Shown here piece after piece: positions 54,738 to 63,821 of a stretch of DNA of 64,000 nt. The translations under genes and the position numbers were made by a program. Where the stretch lies: positions 24,575 to 88,574 of the forward strand of contig JAZUMF010000117.1 of the NCBI GenBank assembly GCA_045603485.1, in the 5' to 3' direction. How positions within the stretch are numbered: position 1 is the stretch's first letter; each line of letters starts with the position of its first letter. The notes below the pieces were generated by a model, which was given only the letters and a program-made list of their open reading frames with translations, was not told the DNA's origin and did no database searches. The stretch comes from Kiritimatiellia bacterium. Lineage in GTDB: Bacteria > Verrucomicrobiota > Kiritimatiellia > RFP12 > JAAYLN01.

Positions 54738-55907
54738 ATGAAAAACGAACTTTATCAAGAGACGCTCAAAAAATTCCGTGAGCATTTTGGATGTGAACCA
54801 GAGCTGGTCGCTTATGCGCCCGGTCGTGTTGAGGTTGTTGGAAATCACACCGACTACAATGAGGGATATGTTCTCTCGGCAGCGATCAATTACGGCACAT
54901 TTTTTGCCATTGCCAAGAATGATTCGACTGAATGTCGCCTTGTGGCGGGTGATCTGATGCATGAGGTTCGCTTCCCTGTAAGCAACCCTACACCTTCAAC
55001 CGAAGATACTTGGTCAAACTACTGCAAAGGAGTTTTGGCGGGATTGCTCCCGATGGGTGACTTTAAGGTAGGCTTCAAGGGGCTTTTCTTTGGAGATATT
55101 CCTCAAGGGGCCGGTCTTTCGAGCTCAGCCGCTCTTGAGGTGACAACCGGCCTTGCTATAGCAGGTCTATACGGCATTACAGCCAGCAAGCTTGATTTTG
55201 CAAAGATTGGTCAGAAGGCCGAGCATACCTTCGCAGGTGTAAAGTGCGGTCTTTTGGATCAGATTTCTTCTCTTTACGGTGCTGAAAATATGCTTGTAAA
55301 GACAGACTTCCGCTCTTTGGATGTTGCGAATGTCCCGTTGAGTGCCGATTGCGTTTTGCTCGTTTGCAAGTCGGGCGCGAAGCATGCCCTCGTCGATGGC
55401 GCATACAATCAGCGTCGTGAGGATTGTGAGGCTGCAAGGGATTTCTTCAAAGGTAAGCTTGACCACAAGGTTGATGCTCTACGCGATGTCTCTTGGGCGG
55501 AGTGGGAAAAATATCACAGCGAGATGGCTGAGCGCATAGCCAACCGTTCGGCTCACCCGATTGGAGAAGATGAGCGCGTCCTTAAAGGTGCAGAGTTGCT
55601 CGATAAGGGCGATACCGCAGCCTTTGGCGCCATGATGTTTGAGTCACATGAAAGCTCAAGAAAATATTTTGAAAATTCATGCGAGGAGCTTGATGTTCTC
55701 GTTGAAATTTCAAAGAGCGTAGGTGGCGTTCTCGGAGCGCGCCTCTCCGGTGGCGGATTTGGCGGCAGTGTTGTAGCTCTCGTTAAAAAGGATGAGGCTG
55801 AGAGTGCGGCCAAGGCAATTTCAGATGCCTATAACAAGCATTACGGACGCCCATGTGAAATCCTCTTTATCGTGCCTTCCGAGGGTGCGAGAATCGTGAA
55901 TGCGTAA
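54738..55907 (+). CDS. galK: Galactokinase
   Basis: APGRV..GNHTDYN.G, GAGLSSSAALE, CGLLDQ, YNQRR, GARLSGGGFGG. Confidence 0.96.
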   Translation: MKNELYQETLKKFREHFGCEPELVAYAPGRVEVVGNHTDYNEGYVLSAAINYGTFFAIAKNDSTECRLVAGDLMHEVRFPVSNPTPSTEDTWSNYCKGVLAGLLPMGDFKVGFKGLFFGDIPQGAGLSSSAALEVTTGLAIAGLYGITASKLDFAKIGQKAEHTFAGVKCGLLDQISSLYGAENMLVKTDFRSLDVANVPLSADCVLLVCKSGAKHALVDGAYNQRREDCEAARDFFKGKLDHKVDALRDVSWAEWEKYHSEMAERIANRSAHPIGEDERVLKGAELLDKGDTAAFGAMMFESHESSRKYFENSCEELDVLVEISKSVGGVLGARLSGGGFGGSVVALVKKDEAESAAKAISDAYNKHYGRPCEILFIVPSEGARIVNA

Positions 55908-55917
55908 GGAGTGGCAG

Positions 55918-56718
55918 ATGAGTCGCAGAGGGGACAGTCGCCCACGCGGAGGACGCGGTGGAGATAGTCGCAACGGCGAATGGCTTTACGGCCGTCGCCC
56001 CGTTTTAGAAGTTCTTCGTGCAGGTCGTCGTTCCTTCTACGATTTGTGTATCAGCGAAAGCGCACGCGAGGCTTGCTCCGATGAAGAGCTTGCCGAGATC
56101 CGCACTCTGGCTTCGCATTATGGTGTCAGGGTGCGCACGGTCGACCGTAAGAGCTTAAACGACCAGCTCGGCCCCGTAAACCATCAGGGCGTGGCAATCA
56201 GCGTAAGCTCATATCCATACAAGTGTATGGAAGAGCTTATGGCTGAGGTCGAAGACGACCCTGAAGCCGTCGTCTTGATATTAGATCATATCGAAGACCC
56301 TCAAAATGTCGGTTCGCTTTTGCGGACAGCCGATGCCGCAGGAGTCAAAGGTGTAATAATCCCCGAAGATCGCTCTGCCGGTGTTACTCCTGCAGCCGTT
56401 CGCGCCTCGGCAGGTGCAGCAGAGCACCTCTGTGTAGTCAAGGTCGTTAATATCGTTCGCGCTATTGAAGCGTTGAAGGAGCAAGAGGTTTGGGTTACAG
56501 GTCTTGACTTTGGCGACGACGCCAAGGATTATGCCGATATCGACTACAAGGGCCGATGCGGATTGGTAGTCGGCAACGAGGGTAGGGGCATCTCTCGATT
56601 GGTCCGTGAAAAGTGCGATTTTATAGCGATGCTTCCAATGGTTGGCGCAGTGTCTTCGCTTAATGCTTCTGTTGCCGGAGCGTTAGTGATGTATGAGGCT
56701 TTACGCCAGAAGAGATAA
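55918..56718 (+). CDS. rlmB: 23S rRNA (Gm2251) 2'-O-methyltransferase, SpoU family
   Basis: YGRRPV.E, HQGV, DPQNVG..LRTA, GNEG.G, SLNASVA. ATG at 55918 follows AAGGAG. Confidence 0.94.
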   Translation: MSRRGDSRPRGGRGGDSRNGEWLYGRRPVLEVLRAGRRSFYDLCISESAREACSDEELAEIRTLASHYGVRVRTVDRKSLNDQLGPVNHQGVAISVSSYPYKCMEELMAEVEDDPEAVVLILDHIEDPQNVGSLLRTADAAGVKGVIIPEDRSAGVTPAAVRASAGAAEHLCVVKVVNIVRAIEALKEQEVWVTGLDFGDDAKDYADIDYKGRCGLVVGNEGRGISRLVREKCDFIAMLPMVGAVSSLNASVAGALVMYEALRQKR

Positions 56719-56754
56719 TAGTTTCAGATTGATGCCAAAGCTTTGAAATTATTG

Positions 56755-56987
56755 AAACGAAAAGGACTGTTCCCTTAACAAGTTTTAAGCAACAGCAGAA
56801 TGTTGCCAATGTTTTTACCGCAAAAACCGGGACAACCGAGACACCCAAGACAACCGGGACGAATGAGACGGCGCAGTCCCGAATGACTTGGTCACGGATG
56901 TCTCGGGAGTCCCATTTACGCAAGGGCTGGAAGATGGTTAATGGCTCTTCTTTAAAAAAACGAAAAGGACTGTCCCCTTAACAAGTT
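56755..56987. repeat. 30-bp direct repeats enclosing 9-mer tandem and inverted repeats
   Basis: AAACGAAAAGGACTGTYCCCTTAACAAGTT at 56755 and 56958 (29/30 identical); AACCGRGAC-like x5 (56825-56869), then inverted GTCNCG units (56876-56913). Confidence 0.9.
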
Positions 56988-58209
56988 ATCTGACGATTAG
57001 GATGGATGGGTCTTTGTTAGACCAACGGGTAATCCAGGCGTTTCTTCTGTTTGAGTTTAGAACGCCAATAATCGGTTCTTTCGGTGCGCCGGCTTGTGTT
57101 CGATCGCTTTCGGTTAAGTTTGGCGGGATGCGTGTGCAGAGAGCTTGCCAATTTTCTTTGTCTTTTCCTCTAGAAACATGGATAGTTACCCATGAACTGT
57201 CATGTGCAATAAAATTGGCTTCTGAGATAGATGTTGGAGCGGTATCACCTAACCACCAAATATTTGCACCTGGAGCTATACAATAAAAGGCAGCAACCGA
57301 AATTGTTGGAGATGAATGAATGACAAAATTGGTTGCTGATTTGCAATTGCTGAATGAATAGCTTGCGATTGATTTTACATTGGGAAGGTTGAAGGATGTG
57401 ATTGATGCGCAGGAACTGAAGGATTGAAAACTTACAGATGTAAGAAGTGGTGCGGTAATATCACCCTCTAAAGCCGGGCAAGATGAAAAAGCGTAACTTC
57501 CGATAGAAGTTACATTAGTCCAATTTAGCGGATAAAAGGTTTTTAGCGCGGTACACCCATTCATCGCATCGGAGCTGATTGTCTTTAAGGCAGGTGAGAG
57601 CGTTATATTTGTTATGGCTTTTTGAACTGCAAATGCATAGCCACCCAATGCAGTTGTATTTGGTGCATAGCATGATGTGATTTTTGTTCCATAAAAGGCA
57701 TAAGAATTGATAGTTTGAATTTTTTCTAACTTAAAATCTCCAACTATAGGAGCTGGCCTGAAGGCATTTCTGCCTATATATGTCAGTTCAGGCAATGTTG
57801 TAGGTGAAAATCTTTGCAATGACGAAGAATTGTAAAATGCTTCGTCTCCGATTGTCGTAATATCTTTTGATACTACCACATTCGTAAGGCTTGAGCAGGC
57901 TTTGAATGAATAATATCCTAAAGATGTCACGGAAGGAGCGATAAGATTTGTAATCGCTGTATACGAGGTACATGCAGAGCTGCCAAATGCAGTTACCGGA
58001 TAGCCGGTGTCATTTTCCACAGATGTCAGGTCTAGTGTATCTACTCCAGCTGTCACTTTTGTGACAGTAAGGCTATTGTTTTTTAGGGAGACAGATAGTT
58101 GCCAATTGCCATCGGTGAGGGTTGTCGGTGATGTGGGGGAGTCTAATGTCCACGCAGCATTTGCCGCTATTGACAGCAATGCGAATAATGAAGTGAGCTG
58201 TAATTTCAT
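56986..58209 (-). CDS. Secreted BspA-type leucine-rich repeat protein (paralog 3, lacks the Ig-like N-terminus)
   Basis: Signal peptide after AAGGAG; TxIGxxAFxxCxxL repeats; shares LDL..V..DTG, APTSI and W..L blocks with paralogs 1 and 2. Confidence 0.88.
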   Translation of the reverse strand: MKLQLTSLFALLSIAANAAWTLDSPTSPTTLTDGNWQLSVSLKNNSLTVTKVTAGVDTLDLTSVENDTGYPVTAFGSSACTSYTAITNLIAPSVTSLGYYSFKACSSLTNVVVSKDITTIGDEAFYNSSSLQRFSPTTLPELTYIGRNAFRPAPIVGDFKLEKIQTINSYAFYGTKITSCYAPNTTALGGYAFAVQKAITNITLSPALKTISSDAMNGCTALKTFYPLNWTNVTSIGSYAFSSCPALEGDITAPLLTSVSFQSFSSCASITSFNLPNVKSIASYSFSNCKSATNFVIHSSPTISVAAFYCIAPGANIWWLGDTAPTSISEANFIAHDSSWVTIHVSRGKDKENWQALCTRIPPNLTESDRTQAGAPKEPIIGVLNSNRRNAWITRWSNKDPSILIVR

Positions 58210-58261
58210 TGTAGCCAAAATCTCCTTTAATGTCATAAAGTTAGTGATTATATTTTATCAC

Positions 58262-58295
58262 AAAAAAAGGCAGAAGCAATGGCTTCTGCCTTTTT
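58262..58295. terminator. Intrinsic terminator after the DUF4838 gene
   Basis: A7-GGCAGAAGC-AATG-GCTTCTGCC-T5. Confidence 0.85.
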
Positions 58296-58309
58296 GTTGG
58301 CTGTTTTGA

Positions 58310-60619
58310 TTACTTCAAAACGGAGCCTTCGATAAGCTTGGGTGAGACAAACTTGAATTCTTTGATATCAAAGTAATCGACTTTGTTGAGAATTCCGTTC
58401 ATTAGCCATACGCGAGTTCCCGGGATGAAGCGGCGCTTGCCCAGGCATATTGTGCGCCATTGCGTTTCGCCACCCCATGCGTTTACGGGCATATCGGCGA
58501 TTTCGGCAAGGTTTTTAAGCTTATAGCCGTTTGAGACTAGCGGTGTGTAGATTCCGAAATAGAAGGCGGCTTGATCGTGAGGAACGGTTGTTGATACGCG
58601 TACTGTAGCAAAGACATACCAGTCACCGGCTTCTTCTTCGGTTGCCGTAAAGCCAACTTCACCGTATTTGGGCTCCATCCAAAGATGGTTTACATCTTCA
58701 GTAAGAGATACCGATATGCGAGCATACTCGAAGCCCTCTTTGGCCTTTTCCTTCTTCATGTGGATACCGCCTGTCATTTTGGCAGCGGGGATTACAATGG
58801 AGGAGTATTTATCCGAGAATTTGGTCGGAGCGGTTGGGCCGCTATTTAGGACGCCGTCAACCATAGCGCACCATTTTGAATATATCCAAGGATGCTCAGC
58901 ATAAGCATTTGAGCTGTAGTTGTTGCTTGAGTCACTGCATATATTCTTCCATTCCTGTACATAATCGGCCAGCGGACGAAGTTTGAAGTTGAGTTTCTTG
59001 GCTGGCTCAATCATATTGTTATACTCAAAAATTGTATTTATGAGCGCTGCGATTTTTGCACGACGAACGAGGACTCTTTGAACTCTAGGAAGTCCCTTGA
59101 TGGCGTCGGCCTTTTCGAATTCCCTTAGTATACGGACGGAGTCCTCTCCGGTTAGATAATGATTTGCCGTTGTTACATAGCAGCCATACCATGTATAGCG
59201 TTGACGGAGGCGGGCATGCTCGAGAATATCGAGATAATTGAGAATATGCGGCGCCGCGGCTCCATAGGTGGCCTTGACATACTTTTCGGTCAACTTTTGG
59301 ACATCTTGATATGGATTCCAGTGGAGCTTGCCGAAGAGGTAGAAGTTAAGGGTATTCATATCGGAGATGATACCAAAGGCGGTCTGCGAATCAACGCCTT
59401 GGACTCCCGACTTGTGATAGTAACGAAGTGTTTGCGGGAGAATTGTATGGTTTGGAAATGGGAGCATGTAATTTGCGAAGTTTGCAAGATAATCCCAGAT
59501 GAAGATGCCTGTTTTTTCAGGAATTAGATTATGCAGGCGGGCCAGAGCCGCCTCGGAGCGTTCATTGTTATCTGCAGAGAGGCAGTGGTTGCGCCAAAGT
59601 TCGGCAACACCGGCACCGACATTGGGCTCGACCTTGAAGTCGGGATGGTCTGGCATCAGGTCGCCGTAGTTGAGGAAGTTGACCTGAATGTGCGGGAAGC
59701 GCTTTGCAACGCGATTCGCAATTACGAGCATTTGTATGTATGATTGTTCATAACCGCTTTTAAGTGGATATTTGGCAGCAATGGCTTTGCATGGATCGCA
59801 TTCGCACATACGGCACCCGTCAGAGAGACCGACAGAAATGTGACGCGTGGGCTTGCGTTTTAACTCTTCTTCAATTTCTTTGAAGAGCTGCTCATACATT
59901 CCTTCACTTGATGCGCAGACCCAATTGCCGCGGCGCTTTAGTGTTGTGTGATCCCAGGCATACCATTCAGGATGGTCTTTGAAGTATTTGCGAGCTTGAA
60001 GATATTTGCCGGGCAAGGTTTGGTCAATGTTGTATGGCAACTGACCGATTTCGTTCCATCTTGCGTTTCCTCGCCCGGGCTGAATGCGGTGCTTAAGAGA
60101 GAATTGCCAGTTATTCCACAGATCACCCCATGCGCAACGCCATTTGAAAACGGGGGCGTCTACCTTTTTGTAATCGCCGGCGATAGAGAGGCAGTTTGTG
60201 GATGGGATATATTCGTATTCAGGTGAACAGAAGACAACACCAAAGGACTCAATTAAGTCATATACGGCAAAGGTGGGGCCAAATGGCGCATCACCGGTAA
60301 TCTCAAGTGTGTTTTTATCGGCAACGCGAATTGAAATTTCGTCGGGCTTTTGAGCCTTATACGGTGTTGCGACCTTGATGGTTTTAAAGCCGGGAACAGG
60401 CTTGTCCGTTACCATAAAGTCGGTCTTTGAGATGGCGCCAAGGTATTTGGCAAGCTCAAACGCGGCATCACGATTTATGGATGTCGTGTTTTTATCGACA
60501 ACGATTACCGCCTGCGGCAGCCCGTCTTTTGCAAGAACAAAGGGCTCTTGTGCGATTGCGCAAGATGCAATGACCAGCGTAGCCGCTATCAGAGCATGTA
60601 TGTGCTTGTTAATGTTCAT
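58310..60619 (-). CDS. Secreted DUF4838-family protein (paralog of 27034-29880)
   Basis: AA.ELA.YL, HPEWY, CECDPC, LWRNH, WDY, LEHAR.R, WYVFA.VR are shared with the first copy. Confidence 0.8.
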   Translation of the reverse strand: MNINKHIHALIAATLVIASCAIAQEPFVLAKDGLPQAVIVVDKNTTSINRDAAFELAKYLGAISKTDFMVTDKPVPGFKTIKVATPYKAQKPDEISIRVADKNTLEITGDAPFGPTFAVYDLIESFGVVFCSPEYEYIPSTNCLSIAGDYKKVDAPVFKWRCAWGDLWNNWQFSLKHRIQPGRGNARWNEIGQLPYNIDQTLPGKYLQARKYFKDHPEWYAWDHTTLKRRGNWVCASSEGMYEQLFKEIEEELKRKPTRHISVGLSDGCRMCECDPCKAIAAKYPLKSGYEQSYIQMLVIANRVAKRFPHIQVNFLNYGDLMPDHPDFKVEPNVGAGVAELWRNHCLSADNNERSEAALARLHNLIPEKTGIFIWDYLANFANYMLPFPNHTILPQTLRYYHKSGVQGVDSQTAFGIISDMNTLNFYLFGKLHWNPYQDVQKLTEKYVKATYGAAAPHILNYLDILEHARLRQRYTWYGCYVTTANHYLTGEDSVRILREFEKADAIKGLPRVQRVLVRRAKIAALINTIFEYNNMIEPAKKLNFKLRPLADYVQEWKNICSDSSNNYSSNAYAEHPWIYSKWCAMVDGVLNSGPTAPTKFSDKYSSIVIPAAKMTGGIHMKKEKAKEGFEYARISVSLTEDVNHLWMEPKYGEVGFTATEEEAGDWYVFATVRVSTTVPHDQAAFYFGIYTPLVSNGYKLKNLAEIADMPVNAWGGETQWRTICLGKRRFIPGTRVWLMNGILNKVDYFDIKEFKFVSPKLIEGSVLK

Positions 60620-60673
60620 TTTTTGGATTCTCCTTTGTAATGATCAGTTAGTATTGCTACTGTTTTTGAAATA

Positions 60674-60690
60674 AGCAGTTTTTATGCCAA
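60674..60690 (-). promoter_or_regulatory. sigma54 (RpoN)-type -24/-12 promoter
   Basis: Minus strand TTGGCATAAAAACTGCT, GG-N10-GC, 54 nt before the DUF4838 ATG. Confidence 0.65.
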
Positions 60691-60693
60691 TTA

Positions 60694-61674
60694 TCATTCT
60701 TCTTTGGGAATTCCTCCCAATTCTTGAAGTCGTTTAATGGCTATTGCCGCTAATCCTGTTTTGCCGGCTTTCAGAAGTTTTTTTGATATTGCATCAAGAA
60801 AGATGCAATATACTTTTAATTCTCCAAAGTTGTTTAGGTCGCCTTCTTCGTAGTATGACATTAAATCGGGAAGCAATTCGTAGGCACCTTCAGTCGACCA
60901 AATCGATTTTTCAGTGTCGCCGGTGAACTTTCCTGATGTTATCATTACGACGAGATTCTGCTGCACCATTCTACGGAGGGCTTCAAGCTCAAAGCCTGTG
61001 GGATTTAGGGCAAGCCCCTTCCATGCCCAATAAATCGCATGAGACTGGGGAAGACGCCAATCTATTTTTCCGAATCTATTTTCGATTTCAGCAACAACGG
61101 ACTGATCCAATTTGGGACTGTCTTGTTCGCCTTTTTGCACGGATTCAACCTCGCGGGCAAGGGCGAGCTTGTAGGTTATGTGAGCCGGGTCGTCTGATGA
61201 GCCTATTTTATTTTGATAGAGCCAGCCTAGCTCTCGGTATAGTGATGGAGTAGTGGGGTCTGCCGGTATCGCCTTGTCGCGCATTAACGAGATGCCGGCT
61301 TCGACCCATTTTTGCCGTGAGTTGTGGTCTGGAATCATTGCGCTTATGTTGTAGGCGAGATTCCAGGCGTTGAATGCCCAAGCGTCAGCGGCTTTCGGGT
61401 CAAGTGCATTTATCCAATCTGTAAGCTGCACTAGCTCAAAGTAGCGTCCTTGCTCTTGGAGGCGGGTTGCCCTAAGCCATAATATCTCAGAAATGATGCC
61501 TCTAAAGCCGCCAAGTCCAACCATTACATAACGAACCCAGAGCGTTTCTGTTGTTTGAACAATGCCTTGGGAGAGGCGCGCGTTGGCAAGCTTTGAGCCA
61601 AATACGGCCATGAGCAGCCAAGAGACAATGATGAGCATTGCGGGGAAAAATCGCTGAAGAGAGCCTTTTTTCAT
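60694..61674 (-). CDS. Membrane-anchored helical accessory protein of an ABC module ('IRE-like' PVC family)
   Basis: LGGFRG...LWLRA, WAFNAWNLAYNIS, LYRELGW; coupled to the permease by an ATGA overlap. Confidence 0.65.
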   Translation of the reverse strand: MKKGSLQRFFPAMLIIVSWLLMAVFGSKLANARLSQGIVQTTETLWVRYVMVGLGGFRGIISEILWLRATRLQEQGRYFELVQLTDWINALDPKAADAWAFNAWNLAYNISAMIPDHNSRQKWVEAGISLMRDKAIPADPTTPSLYRELGWLYQNKIGSSDDPAHITYKLALAREVESVQKGEQDSPKLDQSVVAEIENRFGKIDWRLPQSHAIYWAWKGLALNPTGFELEALRRMVQQNLVVMITSGKFTGDTEKSIWSTEGAYELLPDLMSYYEEGDLNNFGELKVYCIFLDAISKKLLKAGKTGLAAIAIKRLQELGGIPKEE

Positions 61675-63005
61675 TCAGGAAGCTCCTTTCGTGACATTGT
61701 AAACGAGGAGCATATCATGAGTATGAATGGAAGAAGTATTCCATTCCACTTTATCGATTCGACTATTTCACTGTTGGGAATCAAAACGCAATTTGCCAGA
61801 TTTTGAATTGGCGTTGGGGTTACTGCTGAATATGAAAGCTTGTGCAATGAGCGTGTGGTTACAGAGGCAAGCTTGGTATTCATTGCATAGAGCGGCGTTT
61901 GATTTGGTATTTCTGAAAAATCCAATCCGTCAGGATCCGATATCACATAAGAGGCCGTGAAGACGGCAATTATAAGCCCAGTTGCCGTGAATAAGGCAAC
62001 CGGAAGTGAAAACAGTGCGCCAAAGGTTAGACCAATGGCAATCAACAATGACAAAATCGGGAGCATTGCAAGAAATGTTCTTAACAGATTTTCTTCTAAG
62101 GTTGCCGCAGGCCTAAGAAGAAAAAGTCCCTGTCTCGGTTGCAGCATTATTGGACTTGATTTCTCATTGCCTGTATGGGCGATTCCTAGCTCAAGCTGGT
62201 TGCCGCCGACAAGACTTTCGGATGGAATTTTGATTCGCATCTCTCTAGATGTGAAATTTGAAATCTGAAATGTAGGTGGCTTGGGAGCATTTGAACCTGT
62301 TTTTGCGACATCGCGAAGGTAACAGGATGCAGAAAGCGGTGTTGATGAATACGAGTCAGAGGAAAATGTGACGAGAAGGGCTACAGGCCGCTTTGCATCT
62401 ATTGGCTTGTCAGTATTAAAACGCCAGAGCCATTTGCCGCCCGGCTCTAAATCAATTGTCGCATATGGGACCTGATTGCGTAATTGACGACGAAGCTCCC
62501 GCAGACCTTCTTTTGTAGTCACGCTGCCGGACTTAATTTCTTCTTGAATCGTCTTTTCAATTTGCTCATCAATCGATGGCAGTACAGGTGGGATTTTTGC
62601 ATAAGCGATTCTGTGAGATTCAAGGCTGTTTATCCTAAGCCAGACTCCCAAAAGTGTAAGTATAAGGAAGAATCCGAATAGAGCGTTAAGCCCTATCCAT
62701 TTGCCGAGCCAAAACCGCCACATCTTCAACGGCTTTACCCTTGCGAGCTGAAGAGTGCGAGACTTTGCCTCGGATGAAATGGCGGCGGCGGATGACCAAA
62801 GAGCCGTTGTGAATAGAAAGATGGTAGATAGGATCAGCGTATAGTAAGTAAGGGTTTGCGCCAATCCTTCTCCGCTGCCGTCGCCCTTCATGACAAAAGG
62901 CATGCCGCCGACAATAAGTATCAAAGCTACCGCAACGGCTATTGCAAGCTTTGAGCGAATAGCCTCTCTGAAGGTAAGTATTGTAATTGAAATTATCGAG
63001 CGCAT
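61671..63005 (-). CDS. ABC-2-type permease with a large extracytoplasmic insert
   Basis: LTFREAIRSK, E..SRTLQL..VKP....FWLGKWIG, TM segments at both ends. Confidence 0.8.
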   Translation of the reverse strand: MRSIISITILTFREAIRSKLAIAVAVALILIVGGMPFVMKGDGSGEGLAQTLTYYTLILSTIFLFTTALWSSAAAISSEAKSRTLQLARVKPLKMWRFWLGKWIGLNALFGFFLILTLLGVWLRINSLESHRIAYAKIPPVLPSIDEQIEKTIQEEIKSGSVTTKEGLRELRRQLRNQVPYATIDLEPGGKWLWRFNTDKPIDAKRPVALLVTFSSDSYSSTPLSASCYLRDVAKTGSNAPKPPTFQISNFTSREMRIKIPSESLVGGNQLELGIAHTGNEKSSPIMLQPRQGLFLLRPAATLEENLLRTFLAMLPILSLLIAIGLTFGALFSLPVALFTATGLIIAVFTASYVISDPDGLDFSEIPNQTPLYAMNTKLASVTTRSLHKLSYSAVTPTPIQNLANCVLIPNSEIVESIKWNGILLPFILMICSSFTMSRKELPE

Positions 63006-63011
63006 TGCAGA

Positions 63012-63821
63012 TTATTTCTCAAGAAGGAAGGGGGCGATTGGAGGAGTTTTTTCACTTTTGACTACATCCAGGAAGAAGGATTCAAGACGAACGGCATCTC
63101 TTGCAAGTGTGCGATTAGGGATAAGCTCGTCAATGGAGCCATTGGCGCGAAGGTCTCCATTGCATAGTATTGCAATTTGGGTCGCGACATCCTCGACATC
63201 TGCCAAAAGATGCGATGTCATAAAGATGGTCTTACCGGCCTTTGCAAGTTCACCAATCCATTCTTTTACCGAGTTGGAGCCAATCGGATCAAGACCGGAG
63301 GTCGGCTCGTCAAGGATTATCAGCTCGGGATTGTTTATCAGTGCTTGGGCAATTCCTACACGCCTTGCCATACCCTTTGAGAACTGACCGATCTCGCGAT
63401 CGGCCGCTGCTGTAAGACCAACCATCTCAAGCAACTCGTTTGTGCGCCTCTTGGTTGTCGCCTTATCCAGCCCGAAGATTCCTGCATAGTAGTGGAGAGT
63501 TTCGCGAGGCGTAAGAAAGCGGTGAAGGTTTGTTACCTCTGGAAGATAGCCAAGTCGCCGCTTTGCAGTTATCGATGACGGCTTTTCTCCGAGAATCGTA
63601 ACACTCCCCGAGGTCGGCGTTATAAGTCCTAAAACGAGTTTGATGGTGGTGCTCTTTCCTGAGCCATTTGGACCTAAAAGACCAAAAATATCGCCCTTAT
63701 TGACGGTAAGATCAAGATTCTTGAGGGCGTGAACGGTAGGACGATTCCAAAAATCCTTATAGGTTTTTGTAAGAGACTCAGCTTGAATAATTGTCTTTGA
63801 AGCCATTTTTTCCAACCTCAT
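63012..63821 (-). CDS. ABC transporter ATP-binding protein
   Basis: GPNGSGKST, FSKGM, ILDEPTSGLD, SH. Confidence 0.95.
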   Translation of the reverse strand: MRLEKMASKTIIQAESLTKTYKDFWNRPTVHALKNLDLTVNKGDIFGLLGPNGSGKSTTIKLVLGLITPTSGSVTILGEKPSSITAKRRLGYLPEVTNLHRFLTPRETLHYYAGIFGLDKATTKRRTNELLEMVGLTAAADREIGQFSKGMARRVGIAQALINNPELIILDEPTSGLDPIGSNSVKEWIGELAKAGKTIFMTSHLLADVEDVATQIAILCNGDLRANGSIDELIPNRTLARDAVRLESFFLDVVKSEKTPPIAPFLLEK

